From: a virus
Strand: one strand, 5' to 3'
DNA: 64,000 nucleotides
Virus record (IMG/VR): IMGVR_UViG_3300043570_003617
In this document: piece by piece, positions 48,101-58,067 of the stretch
Numbering within the stretch: the stretch's first letter is position 1
Layout: every line of letters starts with the position of its first letter
Notes under the pieces: model-generated
The model's input: only the letters and a program-made list of their open reading frames with translations
Told to the model about the DNA's origin: nothing
Databases searched by the model: none
Made by a program: the position numbers and the translations under genes

Positions 48101-50023
48101 ATGACAAACATTTTAAATTTTATGGCAAATTATTGGTGGATTGCAGCAATTCTCCTTTGTGTAGTAATGTATAAATTCATTCTACGAGTATTTTTCGGAC
48201 TAGTTATTGTTCCAGAGGACAAGATTGGTTTAGTAACAAAAAAGTTCGTTCTTTTTGGAGAACACAAAGAACTTACAGGTGATCGTATTATCGCGGTAAA
48301 TGGTGAAGCTGGTTTTCAAGCAAAGATGCTTTCACCGGGTCTTCACTGGTGGATGTGGCCTTGGCAGTACAACATCGATATGCAAGGATTTGTTGTTATT
48401 CCAGAAGGACATATTGGATTGGTATCAGCAAAAGATGGTTTAGTACCAAAGACAGGACGTATCTTAGGTCGTAGAGTAGAATGTGAAAACTTCCAAGACT
48501 CTGTTACCTTCTTAACTAACGGTGGTCAAAAAGGTCGTCAATCATCTTTTATCACGAATGGTGTTTATAAAATCAACACACACTTATTCGAAGTTTCTAT
48601 TGTTAAACAAGCTACTATTCAAGAAAATATGGTGGGTGTAATCACATCATTAGATGGTGATCCATTAGAGAATGGTCAAATCGCTGGTAAAAATGTTGAA
48701 GGACACAATAACTTCCAAGACTTTGATAAATTCTTAGAGTTAGGTGGTAATCGTGGTTTACAACAACAAACTATCTTAGCTGGTACTTATAACTTAAATC
48801 CTTGGGCTGTTCAAGTAGAAGAAGTACAAATGACTGAGATTCCAATTGGTCACGTTGGAGTTGTTATCTCTTTCGTTGGTGAAGATGGTGTTGACGTAAC
48901 TGGTGTTAACTTCAAACACGGTAACTTAGTTGGTAAAGGACAAAAAGGTGTTTGGGCTGAACCGTTCGGACCTGGTAAATACCCAATCAACAAGTACACT
49001 AATAAGATTGAGTTAGTACCAACAACTAACCTTGTATTGAATTGGGCTAACGCTCGTACTGAGTCTCACAACTTAGATAAAGGACTTAATACAATCACTG
49101 TTCGTTCTAAAGATGGTTTCCCATTCAACTTAGATGTATCACAGATTATCCACATTCCAATGACAGAAGCACCTAAAGTGATTGCTCGATTTGGTAATAT
49201 GAATAACTTAGTATCTCAAGTTTTAGAACCAACAATTGGTAACTACTTCCGTAACTCGGCTCAAGACTCTGATGTAATCGCCTTCTTAACTACTCGTAAA
49301 GAACGTCAAGATTCAGCGAAACAACACATTTCTAAAGTATTAGATGAGTATAATGTTCACGCTGTTGATACTTTGATTGGTGATATCGTTCCACCACAAG
49401 AGTTGATGAAAACGTTAACTGATCGTAAGATTGCTCAAGAACAAGAAGTGACTTTTGAAACTCAAAAGAAAGCCGCTATCTCTCGTCAAACTTTTGAAAA
49501 AGAAACTGCCATCGCTGATATGCAGGGTGAGGTTGTAAAAGCTGACCAAGGTGTACAAATTGCTGAACGTCACGCTGATGCTTCTGTTAAGAAAGCTAAG
49601 GGTGATGCTGAATCTGTTAAAATTGCGGCTGAGGCAAGTGCTGAATCAACAAAGTTGAAAGCAGAAGCAGATGCTACAAGAACATCATTGATTGGTAACG
49701 CTGAGGCTGAGGCTATTCTTTCTAAGGGTAAATCTACAGCTGAGGCTTATAGATTGGCTGTTGACGCTATGGGTAAAGAAAACTTTACTACTTACAAAGT
49801 AACTGAAGAAATCGGCAGAAACAATGTGAAAATCATGCCAGACTTGTTAATCAACGGTGGTGGACAAAGTGGGAACGGTGCAATAGATGGATTATTGGGA
49901 GTTCAAATCTTAAACATGATGGGTAACCAAATTGGTAAGAGTATGAACGACACAACAGTGAAGTCAGTAACTACTGATGTACCTGTTGAAGATCTTTCTG
50001 TCCAAAAGAAAGACAAGAAGTAA
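48101..50023 (+). CDS. SPFH / band-7 (flotillin-like) membrane protein
   Basis: N-terminal transmembrane segment, then an SPFH domain, then an Ala/Glu-rich coiled coil (AEASAESTKLKAEADATRTSLIGNAEAEAIL) as in flotillin/YqiK. Confidence 0.75.
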   Translation: MTNILNFMANYWWIAAILLCVVMYKFILRVFFGLVIVPEDKIGLVTKKFVLFGEHKELTGDRIIAVNGEAGFQAKMLSPGLHWWMWPWQYNIDMQGFVVIPEGHIGLVSAKDGLVPKTGRILGRRVECENFQDSVTFLTNGGQKGRQSSFITNGVYKINTHLFEVSIVKQATIQENMVGVITSLDGDPLENGQIAGKNVEGHNNFQDFDKFLELGGNRGLQQQTILAGTYNLNPWAVQVEEVQMTEIPIGHVGVVISFVGEDGVDVTGVNFKHGNLVGKGQKGVWAEPFGPGKYPINKYTNKIELVPTTNLVLNWANARTESHNLDKGLNTITVRSKDGFPFNLDVSQIIHIPMTEAPKVIARFGNMNNLVSQVLEPTIGNYFRNSAQDSDVIAFLTTRKERQDSAKQHISKVLDEYNVHAVDTLIGDIVPPQELMKTLTDRKIAQEQEVTFETQKKAAISRQTFEKETAIADMQGEVVKADQGVQIAERHADASVKKAKGDAESVKIAAEASAESTKLKAEADATRTSLIGNAEAEAILSKGKSTAEAYRLAVDAMGKENFTTYKVTEEIGRNNVKIMPDLLINGGGQSGNGAIDGLLGVQILNMMGNQIGKSMNDTTVKSVTTDVPVEDLSVQKKDKK

Positions 50024-50037
50024 TCACTTCTATTAAA

Positions 50038-50074
50038 AGAAAACCCTTTGGTTAATTTCAAAGGGTTTTTTTAT
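50038..50074 (+). terminator. rho-independent terminator
   Basis: Stem AACCCTTTG / CAAAGGGTT with loop GTTAATTTC, followed by TTTTTTT. Confidence 0.7.
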
Positions 50075-50086
50075 TTTAAAATATTT

Positions 50087-50341
50087 ATGTATATTTGTAT
50101 TATGCCAAGATATAAAAAAGGAGATATTGTAATTTGCGTAACTAATAAAATGTATGGAATGACATTTCTATTAGAAGTTGGTGAACAATATCAAATTGAT
50201 GCCTTTACTGAAGTGGGTGAAAAGAATTTAGTAAGTGTAACTAATATTAAAAATAATCAAGATATTGGTATATTTGATGATAAACACTTCATGCCATTAG
50301 ATATTTGGCGTGAATTTCAATTAAGAAAGATATTAGAATAA
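50087..50341 (+). CDS. hypothetical small protein (start moved out of the terminator hairpin; alternative ATG at 50102)
   Basis: The track ORF begins with TTG inside the terminator stem. The in-frame ATGs at 50087 and 50102 are more plausible. Confidence 0.4.
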   Translation: MYICIMPRYKKGDIVICVTNKMYGMTFLLEVGEQYQIDAFTEVGEKNLVSVTNIKNNQDIGIFDDKHFMPLDIWREFQLRKILE

Positions 50342-51084
50342 TGTATAATAAAATCTACGACTTCTGTAAAGTTAGAAATCTTGGTGGTACTTACTCAAAT
50401 AGTAATGAACCTACACCAAGAGTTCAATTTCTTATGCAACTTTTAGACTCTGAAGGTATTAACTATGAGTTGGATACTTATCAGTCAAGAGGTAATACTT
50501 GCTTCAATCTTATTTTAAAAGGTGACTCTGATAGAATGGTAGTTGCACATCACGATATTGTAAATCCTAATATTGATAACGCTAATGATAATTCAGCATC
50601 TGTTATCAATGCTATTATGATTAAGAAGTTAATGCCTAAAATGAACGTTGTTCTTTTAGATGGTGAAGAATGTGGTGGATTAGGTTCTCAAAGAGTCTCA
50701 GATCAAATCAATGACGGTTATTTCAATACCATTGATTGGGTTCTTAACTTAGAATTGACTGGCAAAGGTGGTAAATATTTCTTTATTGGTAATTATCCTG
50801 GTAAACTATCTAATCATATTAAATCAATCTTTGATTGTCCAATTACAAACACTCCTTATAATGATTCTGTAACGTTTAGAAAGAACGGAATAGATTCTGT
50901 TGTAATTAATCCAATACCGCCTCTAAACGAAGGCAAGACATCTTGTGTTAAGTGGAATGATGATACTTACTTAGACTTCTCTATGTTGTATAACTGCCAC
51001 TCTTCAAAAGACACTATTGATACAATTGATATCAATGATATGAAAGATTTTGTTGAAGATGTTGTTCTTAAAATACTAGCCTAA
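50341..51084 (+). CDS. M28/M20-like zinc peptidase-like protein
   Basis: Metal-ligand-like blocks MVVAHHDIV (HxD) and LLDGEECGGLGSQ (EE). Confidence 0.45.
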   Translation: MYNKIYDFCKVRNLGGTYSNSNEPTPRVQFLMQLLDSEGINYELDTYQSRGNTCFNLILKGDSDRMVVAHHDIVNPNIDNANDNSASVINAIMIKKLMPKMNVVLLDGEECGGLGSQRVSDQINDGYFNTIDWVLNLELTGKGGKYFFIGNYPGKLSNHIKSIFDCPITNTPYNDSVTFRKNGIDSVVINPIPPLNEGKTSCVKWNDDTYLDFSMLYNCHSSKDTIDTIDINDMKDFVEDVVLKILA

Positions 51085-51101
51085 AAATTTAATATATAAA
51101 G
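51085..51101 (+). promoter_or_regulatory. putative promoter AAATTTAATATATAAAG
   Basis: Recurring motif ~25 nt upstream of the ATG at 51126. Confidence 0.45.
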
Positions 51102-51125
51102 AGTAATAAAAAACTCTTATATTAA

Positions 51126-51539
51126 ATGAATAATTTTAAGGACTTTCAAGAAATTCTGCTTCTAGAAAAAAGAATCGACCAAATATCTTCAACTATTGAA
51201 GTTACTTTTGGATTTGATGTAATCAAAACAACACATGCTGATGATAGATCTGACTTTGCTAAAAGAGGATTAGGTGGTAATCAAAATCCTATTTCAAATG
51301 CTGAAATGTCTGAATTTGTTTCTTACTTTAAGAGGGATATATCTGAAGGTATTGCTACAGGTGATATAGTGCATCAAACAGAATTTGTTATTAGAAGTTT
51401 AGATAGAGAGTTATCTATGGCTATAATAGCGGAAGAAGTTACTCAAAACTATTGGAAGTTAGTTATTAAAACTGTTTTTAGAGAATCTGATGAACATAAA
51501 TTAAAAACTGGAGTAGACCAATTAATTTATGAAAAATAA
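51126..51539 (+). CDS. hypothetical protein (MNNFKDFQEI N-terminus)
   Basis: 137-aa ORF with promoter motif upstream. Confidence 0.55.
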   Translation: MNNFKDFQEILLLEKRIDQISSTIEVTFGFDVIKTTHADDRSDFAKRGLGGNQNPISNAEMSEFVSYFKRDISEGIATGDIVHQTEFVIRSLDRELSMAIIAEEVTQNYWKLVIKTVFRESDEHKLKTGVDQLIYEK

Positions 51540-51549
51540 AAAACAGGCG

Positions 51550-51601
51550 AGTATCTGAATCGTTCCTGCCTGTTTATTAAAACCAGTATCTAAATCGTTC
51601 C
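51550..51601. repeat. 17-nt direct repeat AGTATCT[G/A]AATCGTTCC (2 copies, 35-nt spacing) in the convergent intergenic region
   Basis: Copies at 51550-51566 and 51585-51601 with one mismatch. The first copy lies in the loop of an ACAGGC/GCCTGT hairpin. Confidence 0.6.
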
Positions 51602-51651
51602 CGTTTCAACAATACAAATATAATAAATATTAATTTATATACCAAATTTAA

Positions 51652-51688
51652 AACAAAAAAACCTCAGATTTCTCTGAGGTTTTTTTGT
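51652..51688. terminator. bidirectional rho-independent terminator
   Basis: Stem ACCTCAGA / TCTGAGGT with loop TTTC, T-run after and A-run before. Serves convergent genes 51126..51539 and 51702..52799. Confidence 0.75.
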
Positions 51689-51701
51689 TAGAATTATAAT
51701 C

Positions 51702-52799
51702 TTAACCAACCGTTAAGAAGATCTTCCTTGACATGCGGTCTACTGAAAGAACTTTCACTTTGATATCTTGTCCCGGTGAGAACTTTTTACCAAGTTTCTC
51801 CATTTCTGAAGTGTGAATAAGACCAACTGTCTCATCATCAAGGTTTACTAAAGTACCAAAAGCTTTGGTGTCTTTAACGGTACCGTCAATGATTTGACCG
51901 TTTTTAATGTTATCCCAAAGAGTTTCACGAAGAATTTGAGTCAAGATAATTTTATCTTTAATCACTTCTTTGATGTAGAAATCAATTTCGAATCCTGGTG
52001 AGATTGAAGTTAATTTCTCAGCCCAATCTGGGTTAACATTTGCTTTGTGAATCATACCTGTAAGACATTCGTTGAATTCAACAAACACACCAAATGGTGT
52101 AGTTCCTGTAACGTGTCCTTGGTAAACTTGTCCGTGTTGAAGTTCTTTAACTGCTTCTGGGATAAGTGTTTGTAAATACTTACGTCTTGAAACGATGTAT
52201 GTACCTTCATTTTGAGAGTAAGATTCAATCATAACATTGAATGTCTGACCAACAATTGAATTTTGATTGTGTAGTTTATTGATACCAGCTAATGTGTTTG
52301 GCATAAATCCTGGAAGTTTAACACCACCGTGAGTTAATTCAACATCATACCCTGCTGGGTTAAGACTCTTAACATTTACCATAACTGGTTCACCTTCTTT
52401 AAGAGCTTTAAGATTAGCGTGAGCTCTTGATTCATAAAGAGAAGATACACTTCCTTTAATCATAAAAACATCTTGGTTAACATCTGTGATTAAAACATCA
52501 ATCATATCACCCATGTTGATATCTTTAAGATATTTAGTTTCACTGATTTTGTCATCTATGCGGATATCATCTTTATATCCTCTTACTCCAAAAACATATT
52601 GGTCAGCTGATTTACCAACATATTTTGCTGATACTACTTGTCCATTCTCTGGGATGCAAACTTCATCAAGATTGTATAATTTCAACATTTCTTGGTATTC
52701 CTTTGAATTTTTGTTTCTGCCACCTTTTGCAGAAAACTCTACATCATTAAAGATGTCGGCTAGATCTTCATTTCCGATTGTTTGTTTGTTCATATTCAT
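51702..52799 (-). CDS. ribosomal protein S1-like protein with multiple S1 RNA-binding domains
   Basis: At least three canonical S1 units: GEPVMVNVKSLNPAGYDVELTHGGVKLPGFMP, GQVYQGHVTGTTPFGVFVEFNECLTGMIHKANV and GQIIDGTVKDTKAFGTLVNLDDETVGLIHTSEM. Confidence 0.7.
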   Translation of the reverse strand: MNMNKQTIGNEDLADIFNDVEFSAKGGRNKNSKEYQEMLKLYNLDEVCIPENGQVVSAKYVGKSADQYVFGVRGYKDDIRIDDKISETKYLKDINMGDMIDVLITDVNQDVFMIKGSVSSLYESRAHANLKALKEGEPVMVNVKSLNPAGYDVELTHGGVKLPGFMPNTLAGINKLHNQNSIVGQTFNVMIESYSQNEGTYIVSRRKYLQTLIPEAVKELQHGQVYQGHVTGTTPFGVFVEFNECLTGMIHKANVNPDWAEKLTSISPGFEIDFYIKEVIKDKIILTQILRETLWDNIKNGQIIDGTVKDTKAFGTLVNLDDETVGLIHTSEMEKLGKKFSPGQDIKVKVLSVDRMSRKIFLTVG

Positions 52800-52854
52800 A
52801 TTTTTTATAAGTTACAATAATATAGTGTTGAGAAGTTAAAATGTTTAGTTAATG

Positions 52855-53259
52855 TTAAAAATTTCTTTTAATATTATTTCTAGTCATATAATCACGAACT
52901 CTTGCTGCTTCTTCAAACTTTTCTTGTTTGATTAGCTTATCAAGTTTAATGTTTAACTCTCTTGTGACTTCTTCTATTCCCTTTTCTTTAGAAAGTTGTT
53001 GAATATCATCAATAAAAGAACTGTAAAAATTCTCCATTTGTGATATGTCTACAAAATAAACAGGAGATGGAAGTGCCTTTTGTTGTTCAGACTTTTCACC
53101 TTCAGAAATTTCTTTTAATTTATCACTGCTTTTTAACTTTTTAATAAATTCATCAGTGAGTGCTGAGTTTTCTACTAAGTATTTAGCAAGGTGATAAGGT
53201 CTGTTTTTAAACATCTTTAATAAGATTACCAGACTTCTATATAATTCCTCGTTTTCCAT
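52855..53259 (-). CDS. UVR-domain-containing protein
   Basis: C-terminal KFEEAARVRDYM matches the UvrB/UvrC-type UVR motif (FExAAxLRD). Confidence 0.45.
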   Translation of the reverse strand: MENEELYRSLVILLKMFKNRPYHLAKYLVENSALTDEFIKKLKSSDKLKEISEGEKSEQQKALPSPVYFVDISQMENFYSSFIDDIQQLSKEKGIEEVTRELNIKLDKLIKQEKFEEAARVRDYMTRNNIKRNF

Positions 53260-53289
53260 ATTGTTTTTATAAAAAACTAACTTGATTGT

Positions 53290-53979
53290 TTATATTTTTT
53301 CAAATAAAATATTAAAGTAATACTCAAATGAGTATTGAGTAGATGGTTGTTCTTGATTAAATAACAATCTAATACTCGATCCATCAAAAGCTGTTTCAGT
53401 TTGTATTTTTTGAAACTTATTTGAATCAATTCCAATAGTTGAATTCCAAGTATTTTTGAATCTTAAAACATTTTGACTTCTTAGGTCTTTATATTTTATA
53501 TAAAGATCAATTTTACTTAATTTATATCTATTTGAAACATTTTTATCTATATATTCTCTAATTGTGGTATTTACATCATTTTTTCTAGTTAAAGATGCTT
53601 TCATTCCCTCAAATGTTCTATATCTCTTTAGATTAGCAAATAAGAAATTAGACAAAATATCATCTAGTTTTATATCTATTATCCACTTTGTACTATTCTC
53701 TTTTTGATAATCTGTTTGTGTTTCGTCAATATTCAATGAATGATTGATTTGTTTATCAACTGGTGCTGAATAAATTGGCGAATCGATTGATGTTTCTGCT
53801 GATAAATTAATTTGTTCACCACTTGTTCGTTGATAATAAATTATATTTTGATTTTCAATATAAATAGTGTCTTCAATTTCTAACATTTTAGATCCAAAGT
53901 AATTACTTTCTTCAGTCATATTGAAAGTACCATATGTTTTAGTATTGATATATTCAGATGATATATACGTTCTTCTCAT
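53290..53979 (-). CDS. hypothetical structural-module protein
   Basis: 229-aa ORF, co-transcribed downstream of the two giant minus-strand genes. Confidence 0.6.
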   Translation of the reverse strand: MRRTYISSEYINTKTYGTFNMTEESNYFGSKMLEIEDTIYIENQNIIYYQRTSGEQINLSAETSIDSPIYSAPVDKQINHSLNIDETQTDYQKENSTKWIIDIKLDDILSNFLFANLKRYRTFEGMKASLTRKNDVNTTIREYIDKNVSNRYKLSKIDLYIKYKDLRSQNVLRFKNTWNSTIGIDSNKFQKIQTETAFDGSSIRLLFNQEQPSTQYSFEYYFNILFEKI

Positions 53980-53981
53980 TA

Positions 53982-56900
53982 TTATAAACTTAAATTTTGG
54001 TTTGGGTTAATTAATATTCCAATATTAACATATTGACCTTCAGCTCCGGCAAATACCGTTGGATTAACTGTTGGATTAATAACCTGACTAGGTGTATTTA
54101 TTGAAGTTGATACATAGTAATCAAATTCCCAGGATGAAGAAAATATAAAGAAGTCTGTTGTAGTATATCCAAATTCATCTAACATGGGATATATAGATTT
54201 TTGATCTTTATTGTTTTTAAGTTTTAACACAGAACCGTCTTTATTAATTTTTCTTATTTTTCTTTCTTTCATTATTCCAAACTCAGATAAATCAACATCA
54301 AATATGTAGTTACCCACAGAAGCAGTAAATGTATTTTTTGAGAAAAGTTGTATATCATAAAAAACAGGCATATAATAACCACTAAATCTATAGATGATAT
54401 TGGATGTTATATTTTTACTACCACTATAGTTAATCATAGGCTTAGGAGTGTTTGAGTTTTTAGATATCTCTGCTGATATACTTATATTATTATAATCATT
54501 TAAATTGCTTAAATCATTAGATATTGATTCAATTGTTCTTGATGATTTTAAATTTTTTGGAGTACTAATAGGCTTTCTATCTAATGAATTATATTTCATA
54601 TTTACTTGCTCTGGTTTTTCACAAGTAATATAATAAGGAAGTTCTTGTATACTATCATAGTTATACTTACTTATAGAACCATCTTCTTCTATAATTATAT
54701 AGTTTAAATAATCAGTAAATTCATATTTATTAGTAATATTATTTATTGATTGTATAAAGTTATGAGCCGTTAATTTCTTGTTTAAATCATTATATAAACT
54801 ATCTCTATCTTTTTCTGATAAATTAGGAATTGTATTATCTGTTATAGTTATATTAATTAAAATATTTTTCCATTTTTTATTAATATAAATATTTATACCA
54901 TTCTCTAAAGTTGAAAATGATGAATTACTATTAATCATATAATATGAATCATTCATCTCTATTATAGGATTTATAGATGGTGTATAAATGATAGACGTGT
55001 CTGGTTTTAAACTATAAACTCTCGTCCAATCAGTTGACACACCTGGCTCATTTCCTGTTTCAGATCCATAAGGAATTACACCACCTGGTGTTGTTTTATA
55101 CAAAACATCATTATGTATTGAATAAGTAGATGATATTAATGTTGGATAATATTTACTAGGATTCCACAATCTAATAGGTTTCCATTTTGGAGAAGTTGAT
55201 TGTGTTTCTATCCAATAATAGAAATAAGCTGTCTTAGTAGAATTGACAAATGCTGATCTAAAGTCCGGTCTATGATGATTACTAGATGTCATTGACATAT
55301 AATATTTACCTTTAAAAAGAACCTTTTCACTAGCAGTATAACCAGTTGTATCTGATTTATATGGACTCCAAAAATCATCAGTTCCCCCAATTATAGAATC
55401 ATAAACATAATAATCTTCGTAATTGAAAACAACATCTTTATAGATATCATTTCCTATACCAGCACCAGGATAAGATGAAGTTGGGCTCCAAAATACATTT
55501 TTAGTTGGTTTATAATAATTCCAATATGGTTGATTATAAGGAGCAGATTTTGTTTTCTGAGTCATACTAGAAGTTAAATAAAAATTTGATGGATTTGATA
55601 CTATGTTATTAGCAACAGTCGATTTATATAAAATATCATCTATAACTACTATATCATTAACAACATAAGTTTTATCCATTTTCCAATCATCAAAAATAGT
55701 CCAATTCATTAAATTAGCAGATGATATTATATCACCACTTGAGGTAACAGACCATTCATTGTCAGATAATAAAATAGAAAATTTATATCCATCAAATCTA
55801 TTTGATGTTTTTAAATTAACACTTGGTTTACCTAAATCATCCTTTTTAATAGATTCAACATCATATATGAAAAATTTAATACCTTTAAATAAAGTAATAT
55901 TAGGAATAGATTTATCACCACTATTAAATAATGAGTATTTCTTTACATTTTTCTTTATTTTACCAGAATCAAAAGAAGCTTTTCTTTCAAAAAAGTATGA
56001 GAAGTAGTCAAAACTATAAGTAGCTGAAACTGTACCAACTGAGTATGTCCCTAAGTTTAAATATTTATCTAACTCAAATCTAAATGTATTATCAATTGAA
56101 CCATTTATATTATTCTCAACGTGTAACGAATGATGTATATAAGATGATGTTGATGAGTTTATTGTATAGAAGTAATCTAAATTTCTATCGACTCTTTTTG
56201 GATTTGGATCAAAAGGATTAACAGTTCTATTATAATTCTCAAATAATAAAGAGTTATTTAATAAGTAAGGCACGTCATTTACAGAGTTAGAGTTTTGAAA
56301 TCCCCATCTACAATAAACAGGATTTTTTCTCCATATTTGAGATAAGTCTCCATTTTCTATTTTAAATGTTTCGTAATTAGCTGTATACTCTGAGGCAACC
56401 GGTATATTAACTACATTATTTCTGTATGTAAAGTCATCATAATCTTTTGGATTTGAATTACTTAACAAATCAACAAGATACATCTTTGTCTCATCTGTTT
56501 TGGTTATTTCATACTTTTTTTCATACTCATATTTAGAATATTCAGTATCAACAATCTTTGTATCAAACTCTTTAATATCGGTAAATTTTAATTTGTAAAT
56601 TTTAAATTTCTTAGGTGGATTATTTTTATCAACGGCTACAAAAATAACTTTTTTAGTATAAGAAGGATCATTTTCATTAATCCAATAAATATAATTATTT
56701 TCACTAAACTGAAATGTGTAGTCACTATAAACTTTTATACTACCATCTGTTTTATCTTTTACCAAATTGTGAAACATACCATCTATTTCAATTATCCAAA
56801 TATCAGCAGATTCCCACTCATCTATAACAAAGTTTGTTAAATCATAGTTAATTAGTTTTTTATCAGATGTTATTAAACCAGTATTTTTATTTAATAAAGA

Positions 56901-58037
56901 TTGTTTTCCAACTAATTTTATATCAGAAATAATTCTCCATTTAGTAGATATTTGAGGTGTGAATTGTTGAGTAGTAACTGTTCCATTTGTTACTGATTGT
57001 AAAATATTATTACCAGTTTCTGTGAACTTTTCAACTTTATAATATTCTCCTAAATATTCAACATAGTAAACTTTATGGTCTAGAAATCCTTCCATGAAAG
57101 GATCACCAGTTGGTGAGTAAAGTATATTATTTTCTAATATAACAGCATCTGTTTTTATAAATGGTGTTATATAAGGTGATAAGGTTTTTACTTGAATCAT
57201 ATCATCTAAATAAAAGCCATAATATCTATTCATGGAATATTTTCTAAATGAGTCAGAATTGGCGGGCGTATCATCAAAGAGAAAGGATAGGTTAAGAATA
57301 TTTGGAAAAACAATAGAGTTGTTTTGATATCCATCAAATACCATTTTTTCAAACTCAAATATTTCTTTTTCTTCTTCATAAACATTTTCAAAGAACATTG
57401 ATTTACTAGTATATCCGGAATTTTTATAATCAATTCCGTTCCATTTTGTGAATTCTAAATTATCAAAACTCATTTCAAACGGAGTTAAAGGAAAAAAAGA
57501 ATTATTATTAAAATTTCTATCTAACCATTCTCCTAAATAAGAAAATTTTGTTAAATCAAATATTTTAACTGTTTTGAAATTTTGAAAAATAGAAGATTTA
57601 ATATTCTTTCTAGTTATTTTACCAATTCCCGGACCATCAACTCTAAATATTATGAATTTTTTAGGTAGGTTATTAGGTGAGATATAAAGAGGCGCAAAGT
57701 ATTCAAATTCTTCTTCGTAATTTTTATTATTTACAATATTTCTAGCACCATATTGATATAACTCATCATATTGTGATGCAAAATCATCACTCATTGAATC
57801 AACATCATTATCATATTTAATATGATAAGCAGTATCTGTTGGTAAGTCTCCATAAAAATAACTTACTAACTCATCATAGTAATTATCTTTTATAAAAGAA
57901 ACATTTTTATATTTACTAGCTGATAATTCTTCTTTTGATTCTATACTATCTAAAGAAAGACTATAGCTACTACCCACCACAATTTTGATGTTAGTAGTTA
58001 ATCCCACATTTGTACTTAAAATACCAAAACTTTTCAC
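53982..58037 (-). CDS. giant 1351-aa hypothetical virion protein
   Basis: Uninterrupted 4 kb ORF, Tyr/Trp/Asn-rich. Lies 2 nt upstream of the next gene on the same strand. Confidence 0.85.
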   Translation of the reverse strand: MKSFGILSTNVGLTTNIKIVVGSSYSLSLDSIESKEELSASKYKNVSFIKDNYYDELVSYFYGDLPTDTAYHIKYDNDVDSMSDDFASQYDELYQYGARNIVNNKNYEEEFEYFAPLYISPNNLPKKFIIFRVDGPGIGKITRKNIKSSIFQNFKTVKIFDLTKFSYLGEWLDRNFNNNSFFPLTPFEMSFDNLEFTKWNGIDYKNSGYTSKSMFFENVYEEEKEIFEFEKMVFDGYQNNSIVFPNILNLSFLFDDTPANSDSFRKYSMNRYYGFYLDDMIQVKTLSPYITPFIKTDAVILENNILYSPTGDPFMEGFLDHKVYYVEYLGEYYKVEKFTETGNNILQSVTNGTVTTQQFTPQISTKWRIISDIKLVGKQSLLNKNTGLITSDKKLINYDLTNFVIDEWESADIWIIEIDGMFHNLVKDKTDGSIKVYSDYTFQFSENNYIYWINENDPSYTKKVIFVAVDKNNPPKKFKIYKLKFTDIKEFDTKIVDTEYSKYEYEKKYEITKTDETKMYLVDLLSNSNPKDYDDFTYRNNVVNIPVASEYTANYETFKIENGDLSQIWRKNPVYCRWGFQNSNSVNDVPYLLNNSLLFENYNRTVNPFDPNPKRVDRNLDYFYTINSSTSSYIHHSLHVENNINGSIDNTFRFELDKYLNLGTYSVGTVSATYSFDYFSYFFERKASFDSGKIKKNVKKYSLFNSGDKSIPNITLFKGIKFFIYDVESIKKDDLGKPSVNLKTSNRFDGYKFSILLSDNEWSVTSSGDIISSANLMNWTIFDDWKMDKTYVVNDIVVIDDILYKSTVANNIVSNPSNFYLTSSMTQKTKSAPYNQPYWNYYKPTKNVFWSPTSSYPGAGIGNDIYKDVVFNYEDYYVYDSIIGGTDDFWSPYKSDTTGYTASEKVLFKGKYYMSMTSSNHHRPDFRSAFVNSTKTAYFYYWIETQSTSPKWKPIRLWNPSKYYPTLISSTYSIHNDVLYKTTPGGVIPYGSETGNEPGVSTDWTRVYSLKPDTSIIYTPSINPIIEMNDSYYMINSNSSFSTLENGINIYINKKWKNILINITITDNTIPNLSEKDRDSLYNDLNKKLTAHNFIQSINNITNKYEFTDYLNYIIIEEDGSISKYNYDSIQELPYYITCEKPEQVNMKYNSLDRKPISTPKNLKSSRTIESISNDLSNLNDYNNISISAEISKNSNTPKPMINYSGSKNITSNIIYRFSGYYMPVFYDIQLFSKNTFTASVGNYIFDVDLSEFGIMKERKIRKINKDGSVLKLKNNKDQKSIYPMLDEFGYTTTDFFIFSSSWEFDYYVSTSINTPSQVINPTVNPTVFAGAEGQYVNIGILINPNQNLSL

Positions 58038-58067
58038 TATTTAAAATTATTTTATTTTATTTGACTT

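Noticed and set aside
51540-51700. Possible tRNA or other structured RNA gene in the 160-nt gap
   Set aside because: No cloverleaf-compatible arms or GTTCGAATC-type T-loop could be found by eye anywhere in the window. The region is better explained by direct repeats plus terminators; kept only as a low-level finding.
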